DNA of 64,000 bases from a virus (taxonomy: Duplodnaviria; Heunggongvirae; Uroviricota; Caudoviricetes): positions 42,086 to 106,085 of the IMG/VR virus record IMGVR_UViG_3300037421_000080; one strand, written 5' to 3'. The notes below the pieces were generated by a model. It made no database searches, was not told the origin of the DNA, and saw nothing but the letters and a program-made list of their open reading frames with translations. Positions within the stretch are counted from its first letter, which is position 1. The number at the start of each line of letters is the position of its first letter. Of this stretch, positions 54,608 to 63,826 are shown piece after piece. Position numbers and translations under genes: made by a program.

Positions 54608-55774
54608 TCAGATGAAGCGGTCGAACTCGCCCACTGATACTATCGGCATCCCAGCCTCCTGCTTCCTCTTGATCTCGATGGCTTCCAGATTTGTATTGTG
54701 CCTCAAGCAGTGGAAGTTGCAGTGTTTGGAAGGATCAAGATACTCCATCACCCGCTGACGCAGTGCACCATCCCAGGCCTCCTTGAAACTCTGGTTGACT
54801 ATACCCCCTACCTTCATCCTCTCCTTGCCACGCCAGTAGGGGCAGACGAATATCCCGGTTGGAGTAACAGTTGTTCTCAGATGGGTTGATGGGCATTTGC
54901 AATAGTCTTTGGATTGAGGCACCTCAACTCCATCCAGGGAGGGTTGTAGGTTGATCGCACGGATCACCTTGAACTTGTCTGTCTCCAGAGAGTCTAGGGA
55001 GGCAACTTCCCGAGCAGCCTGCTCCATCAAGTGCTTTGGGTGCTTCACCAAAGCATGATCCACGCCTTCCCGAAACTGGTAGGAGGGCTTGACCTCAAAG
55101 TAGTCGCACCCGATCTCCCTGGCCAACAGGGCTGCGGCATAGATCTCCCCGATGTTGCTCTCAATATCCCTGCCATCTGCCGGAGTCTGAATCAAGAAGG
55201 AGAAGCCCAGCTTGCCCTTCTTCTTGGCAGCCAGCAACCTCATATTGCTGACAACTTTGTCAAACTTGCTCTTCCCAGTTCCTCCCTTGGTTGGCCTGAG
55301 TACGCTAAACATCCGCTCCGTAGCAGCATCCATCGAGACACGAGTCCACTGTGCATACTCGGAGATAGGCCCCAAATATCTGTCGATGAAGCTGCCATTT
55401 GTTGTGATCCCGATGTGCACATCATTCTTCCCCAGCAGCTCGATAAGCTCTCCGGACTTTCGGTGGGCCAGGGGCTCACCTCCACCAATCAAAATAACTG
55501 CTTTCACTCCGCAGTCAATGAATTCTTGTCCTAGCTTCATCAAGCGTTCATCGGAGAAGCGGTTACCTAGAGCGATCACATCTTCGCTAATGCAACCAGG
55601 GCAGGCCAAATCACAAATCGCTGTTGGGTCTAGCTCCACAACAAACGGTGAATCGTTTCCCTCTTCCCAATCTGTATTGCTGATTCTCTCCAAGACTGGG
55701 AGCTGGTAGAGCTTGTTATTGAGCTTCATGATATCAGACATTTTGCTCTTTCTCCTCCTTTGATTGTCAGCCAC
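54608..55774 (-). CDS. radical SAM enzyme (with C-terminal Cys-rich auxiliary region)
   Basis: CDLACPGC (CxxxCxxC) and VILIGGGEPL glycine-rich SAM motif. C-terminal CKCP...CPYW...CNFHC cysteines. Confidence 0.8.
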   Translation of the reverse strand: MADNQRRRKSKMSDIMKLNNKLYQLPVLERISNTDWEEGNDSPFVVELDPTAICDLACPGCISEDVIALGNRFSDERLMKLGQEFIDCGVKAVILIGGGEPLAHRKSGELIELLGKNDVHIGITTNGSFIDRYLGPISEYAQWTRVSMDAATERMFSVLRPTKGGTGKSKFDKVVSNMRLLAAKKKGKLGFSFLIQTPADGRDIESNIGEIYAAALLAREIGCDYFEVKPSYQFREGVDHALVKHPKHLMEQAAREVASLDSLETDKFKVIRAINLQPSLDGVEVPQSKDYCKCPSTHLRTTVTPTGIFVCPYWRGKERMKVGGIVNQSFKEAWDGALRQRVMEYLDPSKHCNFHCLRHNTNLEAIEIKRKQEAGMPIVSVGEFDRFI

Positions 55775-56661
55775 TCTTCGATATGATCCTTCACCACGTC
55801 AGCTGGGTTGTGGTGGGGGGATGTGTAGAAGAATCCCTCATCTAGCCAAGGATCATAGGGCAGTGGCTTCGGCCAGGCACGGGATTTGAAGTCGAACTCA
55901 CGGAGCAGATCCTTGGCAGACAGACTGCTGCCATCGAAGGAAGCTTCCAAGAACAACTTACACCACAGGACCGAGTTCAGCAGCTCCTCAGGCGAGTCAG
56001 GCATAAAGAAGTGCCTGAACTCCACCGTGTCCGTCTGGAGCATCTGGCGCAGATTCACACAGGGCCGAGGCGTAAGAGCCCAGAGAAGCTTGCCTGTCTT
56101 CTCATGTTTGACCTCCGCCTCGAAGAACTCCTTCGAGGAGGCTGCCTGCATCTGGAGTGCTAGTCTGCTCTTTGGTACCAGTGTATGATGGTCCTTCTTA
56201 CGAACCCGGTGGCACAGCCTCTCTCCCTTGGAGGCGTGGAGCGACGGGACGGGTATTGGATCAATGACGGGAAGTAGTTCAGGCATGACCTGATGGACAA
56301 AAGCCTGGAGTCTCTTTAGCCTCTTCAGATCTTCCCTTAGCCCAGGTACGCGGACGTTGACGTTAAGTCCTGTGCGATAGTTGTGAGTAGCTTCCGGCCA
56401 GCGCTTCTTGATCAAGACCATCTGGTCCGATGGCCCGCTCGGCTCAAGAGATGGCCTTGTTAAGATTTCACCACCAAGATGGTATGACTTCCCCTTTCCA
56501 TCGACAGCCACACCGTTGGAGTTGACACTGGTGTAGTTGCCGTCATCAATTGCCATCCCAAAGGGAAGAGGATCTAGGCGAGGCCAATCGATCATTTCTA
56601 ACTCACTGCCGTAAGTCATGCGTTTCTTTTCGGTGCAGACGTATTTGTGACTGGTGGCCAA
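55726..56661 (-). CDS. amidoligase-like (GS-like carboxylate-amine ligase, Amidoligase_2-like) protein
   Basis: N-terminal YGSELEM (G.E.E) motif and size (~300 aa). Weak, by-eye only. Confidence 0.3.
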   Translation of the reverse strand: MATSHKYVCTEKKRMTYGSELEMIDWPRLDPLPFGMAIDDGNYTSVNSNGVAVDGKGKSYHLGGEILTRPSLEPSGPSDQMVLIKKRWPEATHNYRTGLNVNVRVPGLREDLKRLKRLQAFVHQVMPELLPVIDPIPVPSLHASKGERLCHRVRKKDHHTLVPKSRLALQMQAASSKEFFEAEVKHEKTGKLLWALTPRPCVNLRQMLQTDTVEFRHFFMPDSPEELLNSVLWCKLFLEASFDGSSLSAKDLLREFDFKSRAWPKPLPYDPWLDEGFFYTSPHHNPADVVKDHIEEWLTIKGGERAKCLIS

Positions 56662-56735
56662 GTCTTGTCCCCTTGTGAAGAGAGGGGGCGCTTACTTCGG
56701 CCCCCTCTCTTCTATAAACCACATTCCCCGGGCTG

Positions 56736-58805
56736 TTACTTGTTCCGAGGGGCATTGGGCTTCAGGCCCCACTTGCCATCCTCTTCAACAAGCCACTCCC
56801 CGAGGCCATCATTCCTCTGGGCCCAGAACTTGAGATGGCGTACCACTCGCGCTGGCTTGAGTCCGCACTCCTCGGCGATCTTCTGGGGGGTTCGCTTGTT
56901 ACCAGACAACGCCGCATTGATCAGGGCCGGATCCTTTCCAAGCTGGCACCCAAAGCGATCCCGTTCAGCGCTTTCCTTTTTCTCTTTAGGAGCCTTCTTC
57001 ACCTTCGGCTCCTTGGCAACCTTGGCGGGCCGCTCCTTCTTGCCCTTGACGGCCTTCCCGTTGCTCTCCCCGTTGGAAGTAGCATACTGGATCGACCGCC
57101 CCTCCCCTGCTGCCTTGCCGATGGCGACCATGAGCTTGTAGTCGTCACTGCCCTCTTCGGGCTGGGTCCAGTCCTCGATGAGGGCCTGGAAATCCTTGCC
57201 GTCGTTCAGCTTGGCCAGCAGTCGCTCGGGAGACATCTCCTCGGCAGCAGCCACATTGCCAATCGCCCGGAGCATCCGTCGAACACTTTTCTCCTGAACC
57301 TGCATCGTATCCTCACTTTCGATGAAATCCGCGACTGGTGTATTATCGGTCGCAGAGAGCCTTGGAACCAGGCGGCTGAGCCCATTGCTCTCCGCCAAAT
57401 TGACAACTTGCTTTGCGTTGCTTTCACTTTCCTCGCGGCCCATCGTCTCCCGCAGGTGGGCCTCAGCGACCTCGAATGCTCTGGCGAGGGATTTGAGGTC
57501 GCTCTTGTTGACAATCCGCTCGCTGGTGGCCATCTTCGCCATCACCGTGAACCGGCTTTCCGGTCCAGTCACGCGAGCGACCCGATAGCGGCCGCACGTG
57601 CTACGCCAGATATCATATTGAGCGTGCCCATTTTGGAAAGTATCCTGTTCCGGAATCTCACTCCAGGACAGCAGGGCAGGGGGCGGATTGACGCCCTGCT
57701 TGATCTGGCGCTTGGCGTTGAGGATTGCCTTCTCCAGGCGCTGGGGAGTGAGCCATGCCCTGGCAACCCCGGACTCAGACAGGATAACGTCCGCATCGGT
57801 CCGCTCCAGGACAGCACCACCGTGCGACCAGACCAGAGCATCCACTTTCTCCTGGATCTCGCGGCGGGTGAACTTGTTTAGCTCGCTGTCGAAGTTGGGT
57901 CTGCCTTCTATCTCGCGATCGTCAAGATCGTATTCGTCGTCTTCTTCGTCCTCGACAAAATCCGCTTCAGCCTTCTCCAATGCTTCCCGGATCTGCCCGT
58001 CCTCGACATCGTCGGCGGGATCGTTGCCGTCCACGAAGTCTGGCTCCCCCTTTGACACAGCCGCTCGATCGGCGGAATGAAGCCCACAATCTTCGATAGT
58101 TTCATCGGAATCTTCGACGAAATCAGGCCCGTCTCTCTCAACAAATTTATCAGCAAGTTCGTTTAGGGATTGCTCTTTGATGATTACATCAGCAATATCC
58201 CCTAATTCGCCATCGCATAGATCATCGACTTTGGGGATGGTAGTAAGATCTGAAAAAGTCTTGCCAATCGCTTCTTCCAATTCAGCCATTAGCGGCTGGT
58301 CTTCCATCTCGCTAGGGTCGAGTTTGGAATCGGGCGTGCGGTTGGCGAAGTCTTCCAGCATCCCCTTGTCCGGATCAAGCTGGGTCAATGGCTTCTCGAA
58401 GCTCATGCTAACCGCGACAGGAGCGTCGTCGGCTAGCGCCTCTTCAATAGCCGCCTGCTTCTGCTCCTCGGTTAGCGGGACAGGGATACTTTCCTGCTCA
58501 TCGCCGGGATACGGAGGGCCAACTCGAGTGGGTGTCTCAATCACGTAGGTCTGCCCTACGTCACCACACATGTCTGGCAAATGCCCCGCGTCCTTCGCCA
58601 GGATCTCCTGGGCCTTGGCCTTGCACTCTGGCACGCTGCCCCGGAATACCTCCGTGCCGTTCTCCAGCAGCCGGTAGCCATCTCGCACCCGGCGGATCTC
58701 CCAGGGGCCAGAGCGATAGCCTCGCTCAAAATCAGGGTGCTTCTCCCATACGATCTCAGTCATCGGAATCACTTCCTTTCTAACTTTGCCGTTGTGAAAA
58801 TCCAA
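56736..58805 (-). CDS. large acidic protein (689 aa) with repeated PDFVED-type acidic motifs and a Lys-rich segment
   Basis: ..GPDFVEDSDE..EPDFVDGNDP..EADFVEDEEDDEYDLDD... C-terminal half contains a KKERPAKVAKEPKVKKAPKEKKE basic patch. Confidence 0.55.
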   Translation of the reverse strand: MDFHNGKVRKEVIPMTEIVWEKHPDFERGYRSGPWEIRRVRDGYRLLENGTEVFRGSVPECKAKAQEILAKDAGHLPDMCGDVGQTYVIETPTRVGPPYPGDEQESIPVPLTEEQKQAAIEEALADDAPVAVSMSFEKPLTQLDPDKGMLEDFANRTPDSKLDPSEMEDQPLMAELEEAIGKTFSDLTTIPKVDDLCDGELGDIADVIIKEQSLNELADKFVERDGPDFVEDSDETIEDCGLHSADRAAVSKGEPDFVDGNDPADDVEDGQIREALEKAEADFVEDEEDDEYDLDDREIEGRPNFDSELNKFTRREIQEKVDALVWSHGGAVLERTDADVILSESGVARAWLTPQRLEKAILNAKRQIKQGVNPPPALLSWSEIPEQDTFQNGHAQYDIWRSTCGRYRVARVTGPESRFTVMAKMATSERIVNKSDLKSLARAFEVAEAHLRETMGREESESNAKQVVNLAESNGLSRLVPRLSATDNTPVADFIESEDTMQVQEKSVRRMLRAIGNVAAAEEMSPERLLAKLNDGKDFQALIEDWTQPEEGSDDYKLMVAIGKAAGEGRSIQYATSNGESNGKAVKGKKERPAKVAKEPKVKKAPKEKKESAERDRFGCQLGKDPALINAALSGNKRTPQKIAEECGLKPARVVRHLKFWAQRNDGLGEWLVEEDGKWGLKPNAPRNK

Positions 58806-58986
58806 AACAACCCAGGGTCTCCGGTGAGGCTAGTTCCTGAATCGAAGCGCACTTTTCGTCATCAAGTGCCTCTTCCAAAAACAACTGAGCGACCTCCTCG
58901 TCCTTGAAGGGACCATAGACCTTCGCCCCTCCTTGTTTCTTGCTGATAGCCACATTCACCACAAATTGCTTGCTCATCGGAATCAC
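58780..58986 (-). CDS. small hypothetical protein
   Basis: 68 aa. Confidence 0.35.
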   Translation of the reverse strand: MIPMSKQFVVNVAISKKQGGAKVYGPFKDEEVAQLFLEEALDDEKCASIQELASPETLGCFGFSQRQS

Positions 58987-59019
58987 TTCCTTTCGTTCGA
59001 GAGCGATTTCAAGTTTAGC

Positions 59020-59187
59020 CTACTCCAGAAACGTGACTTTCCCAGGCTGCGGGACGGTGCAGCGATATGCTTTGCCGCACTTCTTGCAGCCGTGGTTCCT
59101 CGGCCGCTCCCGCAGCTTGGCGAACCGGTGGGTCACTTTGACCGTCTCGCCACAACAGGGGGTTCTGCCTTCGATCGGGTTCTTCAT
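59020..59187 (-). CDS. small zinc-ribbon protein (55 aa; below the ORF-track cutoff)
   Basis: Codon-by-codon manual translation MKNPIEGRTPCCGETVKVTHRFAKLRERPRNHGCKKCGKAYRCTVPQPGKVTFLE. Replaces the Gly/Arg-rich 59015..59437 shadow ORF. Confidence 0.35.
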   Translation of the reverse strand: MKNPIEGRTPCCGETVKVTHRFAKLRERPRNHGCKKCGKAYRCTVPQPGKVTFLE

Positions 59188-59223
59188 TGGACATCTCCTG
59201 TTTGATTATCGGGTGAATGTTCA

Positions 59224-59559
59224 TCACACAACCAAGATTTGAACACCAAGCTCCCGAAGACTCTTCAAAGCTGCCTGAAAAGCCTCTTCCCGTTCGGGAA
59301 CAGCCCAAACCTCGACTTCGTACAAGCGGCTCTGGTCTTCCTTCGGGATAGACACCCGGCACGATCCTAAGCCATGCCCACCGACGCTTCCTTCCAAGAC
59401 GAAATCCTTTTCCGTGACCGAGAACCCCGCGTCCCACGGCATCGGGATGTCCTCTATCGTAGGTCGGATGTCAACTTGGGCCGACTCGAACAGATTCACG
59501 ATGATCTCGTCGGGGATGGGCTTGGCGTTGTCGAACACTAGTCGGCAAGTCGTTGTCAT
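59224..59559 (-). CDS. hypothetical protein
   Basis: Start at ATG 59559 with AAGGGAG SD. Conserved upstream motif at 59589-59636. Confidence 0.45.
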   Translation of the reverse strand: MTTTCRLVFDNAKPIPDEIIVNLFESAQVDIRPTIEDIPMPWDAGFSVTEKDFVLEGSVGGHGLGSCRVSIPKEDQSRLYEVEVWAVPEREEAFQAALKSLRELGVQILVV

Positions 59560-59588
59560 CGGGTTCACTCCCTTTTGGGCGACCTTTC

Positions 59589-59636
59589 TTGTCTCCACTA
59601 TCTTATTCGCTGGCCGCTTCGGGGCATTTGATCGTG
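59589..59636 (-). promoter_or_regulatory. conserved upstream element GATCAAATGC-N12-AGCGAATAAGATAGTG (copy 1)
   Basis: Near-identical copy at 60096-60145. Both lie about 30-80 nt upstream of minus-strand start codons. Confidence 0.4.
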
Positions 59637-59638
59637 GG

Positions 59639-59860
59639 CTAGAAATACCGACCAACTTTTGCTTTTTTGTATACCTGTACGCCTGTTTCGGTCATCCGCA
59701 CCCTCCCCTGGTGCTCCTCGACGATTCCCTCGGTCTCCAGTGCGTCCCAGTCGCTCCGAGACGCGTCGCAGCGTCGAAGAAGGATATCTAGGAGGCTGGC
59801 CTCCATGTCTCGCCGTATAAGCGACCGTAGGAAGCACAGCTGGGGGGTTGAGAGGGTCAT
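59639..59860 (-). CDS. small hypothetical protein
   Basis: 73 aa. Confidence 0.4.
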   Translation of the reverse strand: MTLSTPQLCFLRSLIRRDMEASLLDILLRRCDASRSDWDALETEGIVEEHQGRVRMTETGVQVYKKAKVGRYF

Positions 59861-59876
59861 GGGGTGCTCCTAGCTG

Positions 59877-60068
59877 CTACCGTTCGGAGCGAATCGTAAC
59901 GCGATCGTCGGTCTCGACACCGGTACTGCCGTGTGTTTCCGACTTTCCGTCGTATCCGTGATGGGGCGCATCCCAGATCAACGGCCGCGAAAACAGCTTT
60001 TGCACAGCCCGTTGGGCCGCCATCACAGTTGCAAACCGCCGACCCGGAAGAAAAGTCGTTTTCCACAT
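59877..60068 (-). CDS. small hypothetical protein
   Basis: 63 aa. Conserved upstream motif at 60096-60145. Confidence 0.35.
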   Translation of the reverse strand: MWKTTFLPGRRFATVMAAQRAVQKLFSRPLIWDAPHHGYDGKSETHGSTGVETDDRVTIRSER

Positions 60069-60095
60069 CTCTCGTCTCCCCTGGGCGATCCCTTT

Positions 60096-60145
60096 GTTTC
60101 CTTCACTATCTTATTCGCTCACTGGTCGGGAGCATTTGATCCCTT
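60096..60145 (-). promoter_or_regulatory. conserved upstream element GATCAAATGC-N13-AGCGAATAAGATAGTG (copy 2)
   Basis: See copy 1. Confidence 0.4.
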
Positions 60146-60312
60146 TGGGGATTTTCTTTCTCATCCGGGCCTTTCGACGCCTCTGCTCCTCGCGGAACTG
60201 CTTCACGTCGTAGGCCCGGTTCCGCAGGACGGCTTCGTGGACCGACTTCCAGTAGGCATCTATCTCGGCTTGCGTTTTGGGGACCATTAGATTTGCTTAT
60301 ATTGCAAGGAGA

Positions 60313-60504
60313 CTAGTTCTGCTCCGCCTCTTCCCTCAACTCAATCTTTCGGCTGTCGATGAGGCACTCCCCTAGCCGCACCAGGACAGCCATCGGGCAG
60401 TCCTTCGCCATCTCTTCCAGCATGTGGCGGACGACACGCTCGGAAAACTTTTCAGAGGGAGCCCTACGAACGTGCTCAGTAAAATCTCTCAGGCGGTCAG
60501 TCAT
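60313..60504 (-). CDS. small hypothetical protein
   Basis: 63 aa. Confidence 0.35.
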   Translation of the reverse strand: MTDRLRDFTEHVRRAPSEKFSERVVRHMLEEMAKDCPMAVLVRLGECLIDSRKIELREEAEQN

Positions 60505-60713
60505 GGGGTTCCTCGTAGCGGATTACGCCTCACGGGACGATCTTGCAGCCGTCCAGCAAGCCGTCGTCGGGGAACTCAATCTCACCATGCCAGTCGATCT
60601 TGAAATCGTCCAGCCAGTGAGGGAACTCCTCGTCGATGGGTGGGATCTTCTCGCTAATGAGCGTGACGTAGATCGTGCGGACGGGGGCGAAGGGGATGGG
60701 GAGTAGTCATCGG

Positions 60714-60977
60714 TCATTTGCCCATCGCCTTCATTGCTGCGTTCCAACCTTCCTCGAAGCAGATTTCGCCGAAGTCGAAATTCATCAGCTCTTCAGGATT
60801 GCTCTCTTTCCATTCATTGATCGCTTGCTCCAGCTCTTTGCTCCAGAATGTGGACCGGACGGCGTGCTCGTCCCGAAAAAGGTCGATGGCTCGATTCTCT
60901 TCTTCGGGTAGGGGAAATACGATGATTCTTCTGCCGTTTTTGTCTCTGGTTATTTGGTACGACTTGCTCAATATCAT
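60714..60977 (-). CDS. hypothetical protein
   Basis: Start at ATG 60977 with GGAGAG SD. The ORF-track start at 61046 would overlap the helicase gene. Confidence 0.45.
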   Translation of the reverse strand: MILSKSYQITRDKNGRRIIVFPLPEEENRAIDLFRDEHAVRSTFWSKELEQAINEWKESNPEELMNFDFGEICFEEGWNAAMKAMGK

Positions 60978-60985
60978 ATTCTCTC

Positions 60986-62389
60986 CTAAAAAACGCTGTG
61001 GACTGCTGGGTTGGCAATATCGAGGCAGGAGGCAGCATAGCAGCATCGGCTCTCCAAGAACCTGCCTCGACGGCGAAGCATACAGTTGATCCGGATGATC
61101 CCCTGCTTCCTATCATCCTCCGTCGTGTTGATGCCGTACATCGCCGTGCAATAGGCATTCTTGGCCTTGCTTCCGGAGAAGTGCTTCTTCTTAAGGAAGG
61201 GGGCATTGTATGCCTCTGCGTTGCCCTGGGCCGCCGTGACCAGACAGATAGGGAATTCTTGGCTCAACGCCCGGAGCTTCTTGTGGATGTGGACGATTTG
61301 CTCCCGCTCCTCCCGGAGCCAAGAGGGGGCTGCTAGGATGTCTGCATAGTCAATCACCACTATTTCCGGGGGCCAACCTTGCCTAGTTAGGCTGCGGACC
61401 TGGGAGCGTATCTCTTCGACCTTGAGCGTGGACGTTGGGAAGCATCCCAGCTTCCAGTAGGAGTCAAACGATTTGATCCTCTTTTCACAGGTGTAATTAG
61501 CCCTCTCCACCAGATCCCTCCACGTCAGACTCTTCTCATAGATTCTCTTCTCGGTGACTACTCGGCCTTCTGGTTTGCCGTTATCATTCGAGATGAAGAT
61601 ATCAGTAGGGTAGTCAATCTCTCCGGCATGGATAGGGCGCCCACACATTCGGATCATGAACCGCTCCATTGCTTGGTCGCGAGTCATATCCCCGGCCTCG
61701 AAGTATAGCGCTCGCCTTCGCTGGCACGCCGCTCGATAGATCACATCGTGGAGCATGAACGATTTCCCTGCCTTGTCGCTTCCGGTGAAAATGACGAAGG
61801 CGTTCTTGCAGAAATCTCCCCCGAATAGATCGCCAAGGCCCTCTGTGTACTCTACAACGGGATCCGCTTTGCTGTATTCCAAGCAGGACCGCATTGCGTC
61901 CACATCTTGAAGCACGTCGATGAATGGGCTAGCATCCTCGCTTTCCAAGGAGAAGGAAGAGAGGCGCTCGCTTGCCTTGACATAATCTTTGTTCTCAAGG
62001 TCTGTTGCCACAGATTCGTTTAGCTTCTTAATCGCAACCTCCTTAAAATGAGACTTTGCTTGATCTACAGCAAAATCAATGTTCAAGTCGGGAGGGGGCA
62101 GGTAGTTGTTATTTAAGGATCTTAAGTATGCCTCCAACATCTCCGATTCTTCCTTCGCCATCTTTCTGGCCTTGTCCCGAAAGATGCGTTCGATGTTGCT
62201 CTTTGGCGCTTCTCCGTATTGTTCATAATGTTCAATGCACCACCGAGCTATTTTGTTTACCGTCTTGTTCTTGAAGCATTCTTTGCTCCACACTGGAATT
62301 ATACGCGATAAAACGTCGTTGGATACCACCATGTACGTCAAAACGGCATTTTCCTTGTCGGAATTGTATTCCTCGATTCTAAGCTTCAT
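60986..62389 (-). CDS. dnaB: DnaB-family replicative helicase
   Basis: Walker A FVIFTGSDKAGKSFMLHDV. Walker B IVVIDYADIL. Overall size and order of the DnaB C-terminal RecA-fold motifs. Confidence 0.7.
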   Translation of the reverse strand: MKLRIEEYNSDKENAVLTYMVVSNDVLSRIIPVWSKECFKNKTVNKIARWCIEHYEQYGEAPKSNIERIFRDKARKMAKEESEMLEAYLRSLNNNYLPPPDLNIDFAVDQAKSHFKEVAIKKLNESVATDLENKDYVKASERLSSFSLESEDASPFIDVLQDVDAMRSCLEYSKADPVVEYTEGLGDLFGGDFCKNAFVIFTGSDKAGKSFMLHDVIYRAACQRRRALYFEAGDMTRDQAMERFMIRMCGRPIHAGEIDYPTDIFISNDNGKPEGRVVTEKRIYEKSLTWRDLVERANYTCEKRIKSFDSYWKLGCFPTSTLKVEEIRSQVRSLTRQGWPPEIVVIDYADILAAPSWLREEREQIVHIHKKLRALSQEFPICLVTAAQGNAEAYNAPFLKKKHFSGSKAKNAYCTAMYGINTTEDDRKQGIIRINCMLRRRGRFLESRCCYAASCLDIANPAVHSVF

Positions 62390-63667
62390 CTAATCAATCT
62401 CCTTGATTGCCTTGGCGTAGGAATCCCATTTGCCCGAATGGCCGCAGTACTCAATGGACTGCCTTCTGCCCCAGCTCTGAAATCGCTTGTGCTCGAAGTC
62501 GAAGATCTCCCGTTTAAGGTCTCCATCCCAGCCATCCCATCCAGCATTCTTCTCATGCAGCGTGCGAAACCACCACTCGACGAATCCAGGAGGCATGCAG
62601 TAGGATAGGTTCTCGATGAACCCAGCTAGGTTCTCCGGCGGGTTCTTGAGCAGCGGGTCTGCCTTCTTGCCGAACTTGCGGAGGTTGTCCAGTGAGGTCT
62701 GTACAACGAAGGGTAGGTCTTGGGTCTGGGGCCATGCTAGATCGGAGATGCGTTCCAGAATCTCCTTAGCGTCCGGGGAAAGAACCACTTCCGTAGGGAG
62801 ATAGAGATCTGCCTTGTCCTCTATCCACTGAAACACTTTTCTTTTGCAGAAGTCGTCGATGGAATCTAGATGGGGTAGCTTTTTGCTCTTGTAGCAATCC
62901 ACGAACGTCTCACAGCATTTGATGGCTCTTTCAATCCGGGGGAAGTCCTTGATCCTTTTTTGAAGAACGGAGAGCTTCCTACATCCAGAGGATTCGGAGT
63001 TGTGGTTCCACCCACTCCGGGAAGAGCCATTCATCTTCTTTACTACTTCATAGATTCGGCGAACGGCCTGTTTCATCTCCGTGGAATATTCTACCTTTGG
63101 AAGAAGCCCATTCAGAGCAGGGGGATCGGAAGCTCGCAGCTTCCCTTCTTCCTTTTTTCTAGATACTACGTTAGTAGTATCTTTATTCACGGCGTAAAAA
63201 CCCCCTGGCCGCTCAGGGTAAAAACCCCCTGACTGGTCCGGGTGTTTTCCCGCCGACTGGCTTGTGCTCTCTTCGAGGTCGTCCAGGTCGGTTTCTAGCT
63301 TCTCAATGTTGATGTGGAGCCAGCGGACACCGGGGATCCCATGCCTAATTCTAATGACGTACCGCTTCTTCTTTAGCGCTTCGATGTGATATTTCTGCTC
63401 CTCGGTTGTCCATTCTAATTGGGAGTCTTTTAGGAATCCTTCCGTGCATTTGAAGAACTCCTTCTTGACGCCTTCTTTGTACTCGATATCTTTTTTGGTG
63501 GTGCTTGGGAGTGATGCGATATTGATTATGTCTTGCAGAAAGAGAGCGGTTGTTTTGTTCATCAGTTTTGTATAGGGGCGGAAGAACAGGAAGTAGTTTA
63601 ATGCGCTCTTCGCCCGTTGGATATGTTGCCGGTAGACTGATTGGGGAATAGAAGATTTGTCAGGCAT
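62390..63667 (-). CDS. hypothetical replication-module protein (no primase/loader motifs recognised)
   Basis: 425 aa directly upstream of and abutting the helicase gene. GAGGAGAAAATG SD. Confidence 0.5.
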   Translation of the reverse strand: MPDKSSIPQSVYRQHIQRAKSALNYFLFFRPYTKLMNKTTALFLQDIINIASLPSTTKKDIEYKEGVKKEFFKCTEGFLKDSQLEWTTEEQKYHIEALKKKRYVIRIRHGIPGVRWLHINIEKLETDLDDLEESTSQSAGKHPDQSGGFYPERPGGFYAVNKDTTNVVSRKKEEGKLRASDPPALNGLLPKVEYSTEMKQAVRRIYEVVKKMNGSSRSGWNHNSESSGCRKLSVLQKRIKDFPRIERAIKCCETFVDCYKSKKLPHLDSIDDFCKRKVFQWIEDKADLYLPTEVVLSPDAKEILERISDLAWPQTQDLPFVVQTSLDNLRKFGKKADPLLKNPPENLAGFIENLSYCMPPGFVEWWFRTLHEKNAGWDGWDGDLKREIFDFEHKRFQSWGRRQSIEYCGHSGKWDSYAKAIKEID

Positions 63668-63826
63668 TTTCTCCTCTGGGACAGGATAAAGGCCGTCAAG
63701 GTCGGCCGTTGAGCAGGGACAAAAACGGAGTTGGGGCGGGCTTGTCCCAGAAGCCCTTTTCAGGATTCTGCTGGCTGGCCGACCAGCAGGCCTTAGCCCC
63801 CTCCCTTAGCCGCCGTAACCTTTCTT

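Noticed and set aside
59015-59437. 140-aa Gly/Arg-rich ORF (minus)
   Set aside because: The composition looks out-of-frame. A 55-aa zinc-ribbon frame (59020..59187) and the downstream gene starting at 59559 explain the region better.
60359-60747. Competing ORFs: plus-strand 60359..60706 (acidic) vs minus-strand 60523..60747 (Ser/Arg-rich)
   Set aside because: Neither has convincing start context. The minus frame is low-complexity. The plus frame would be a lone plus-strand gene inside a minus-strand block. Left unannotated as ambiguous.
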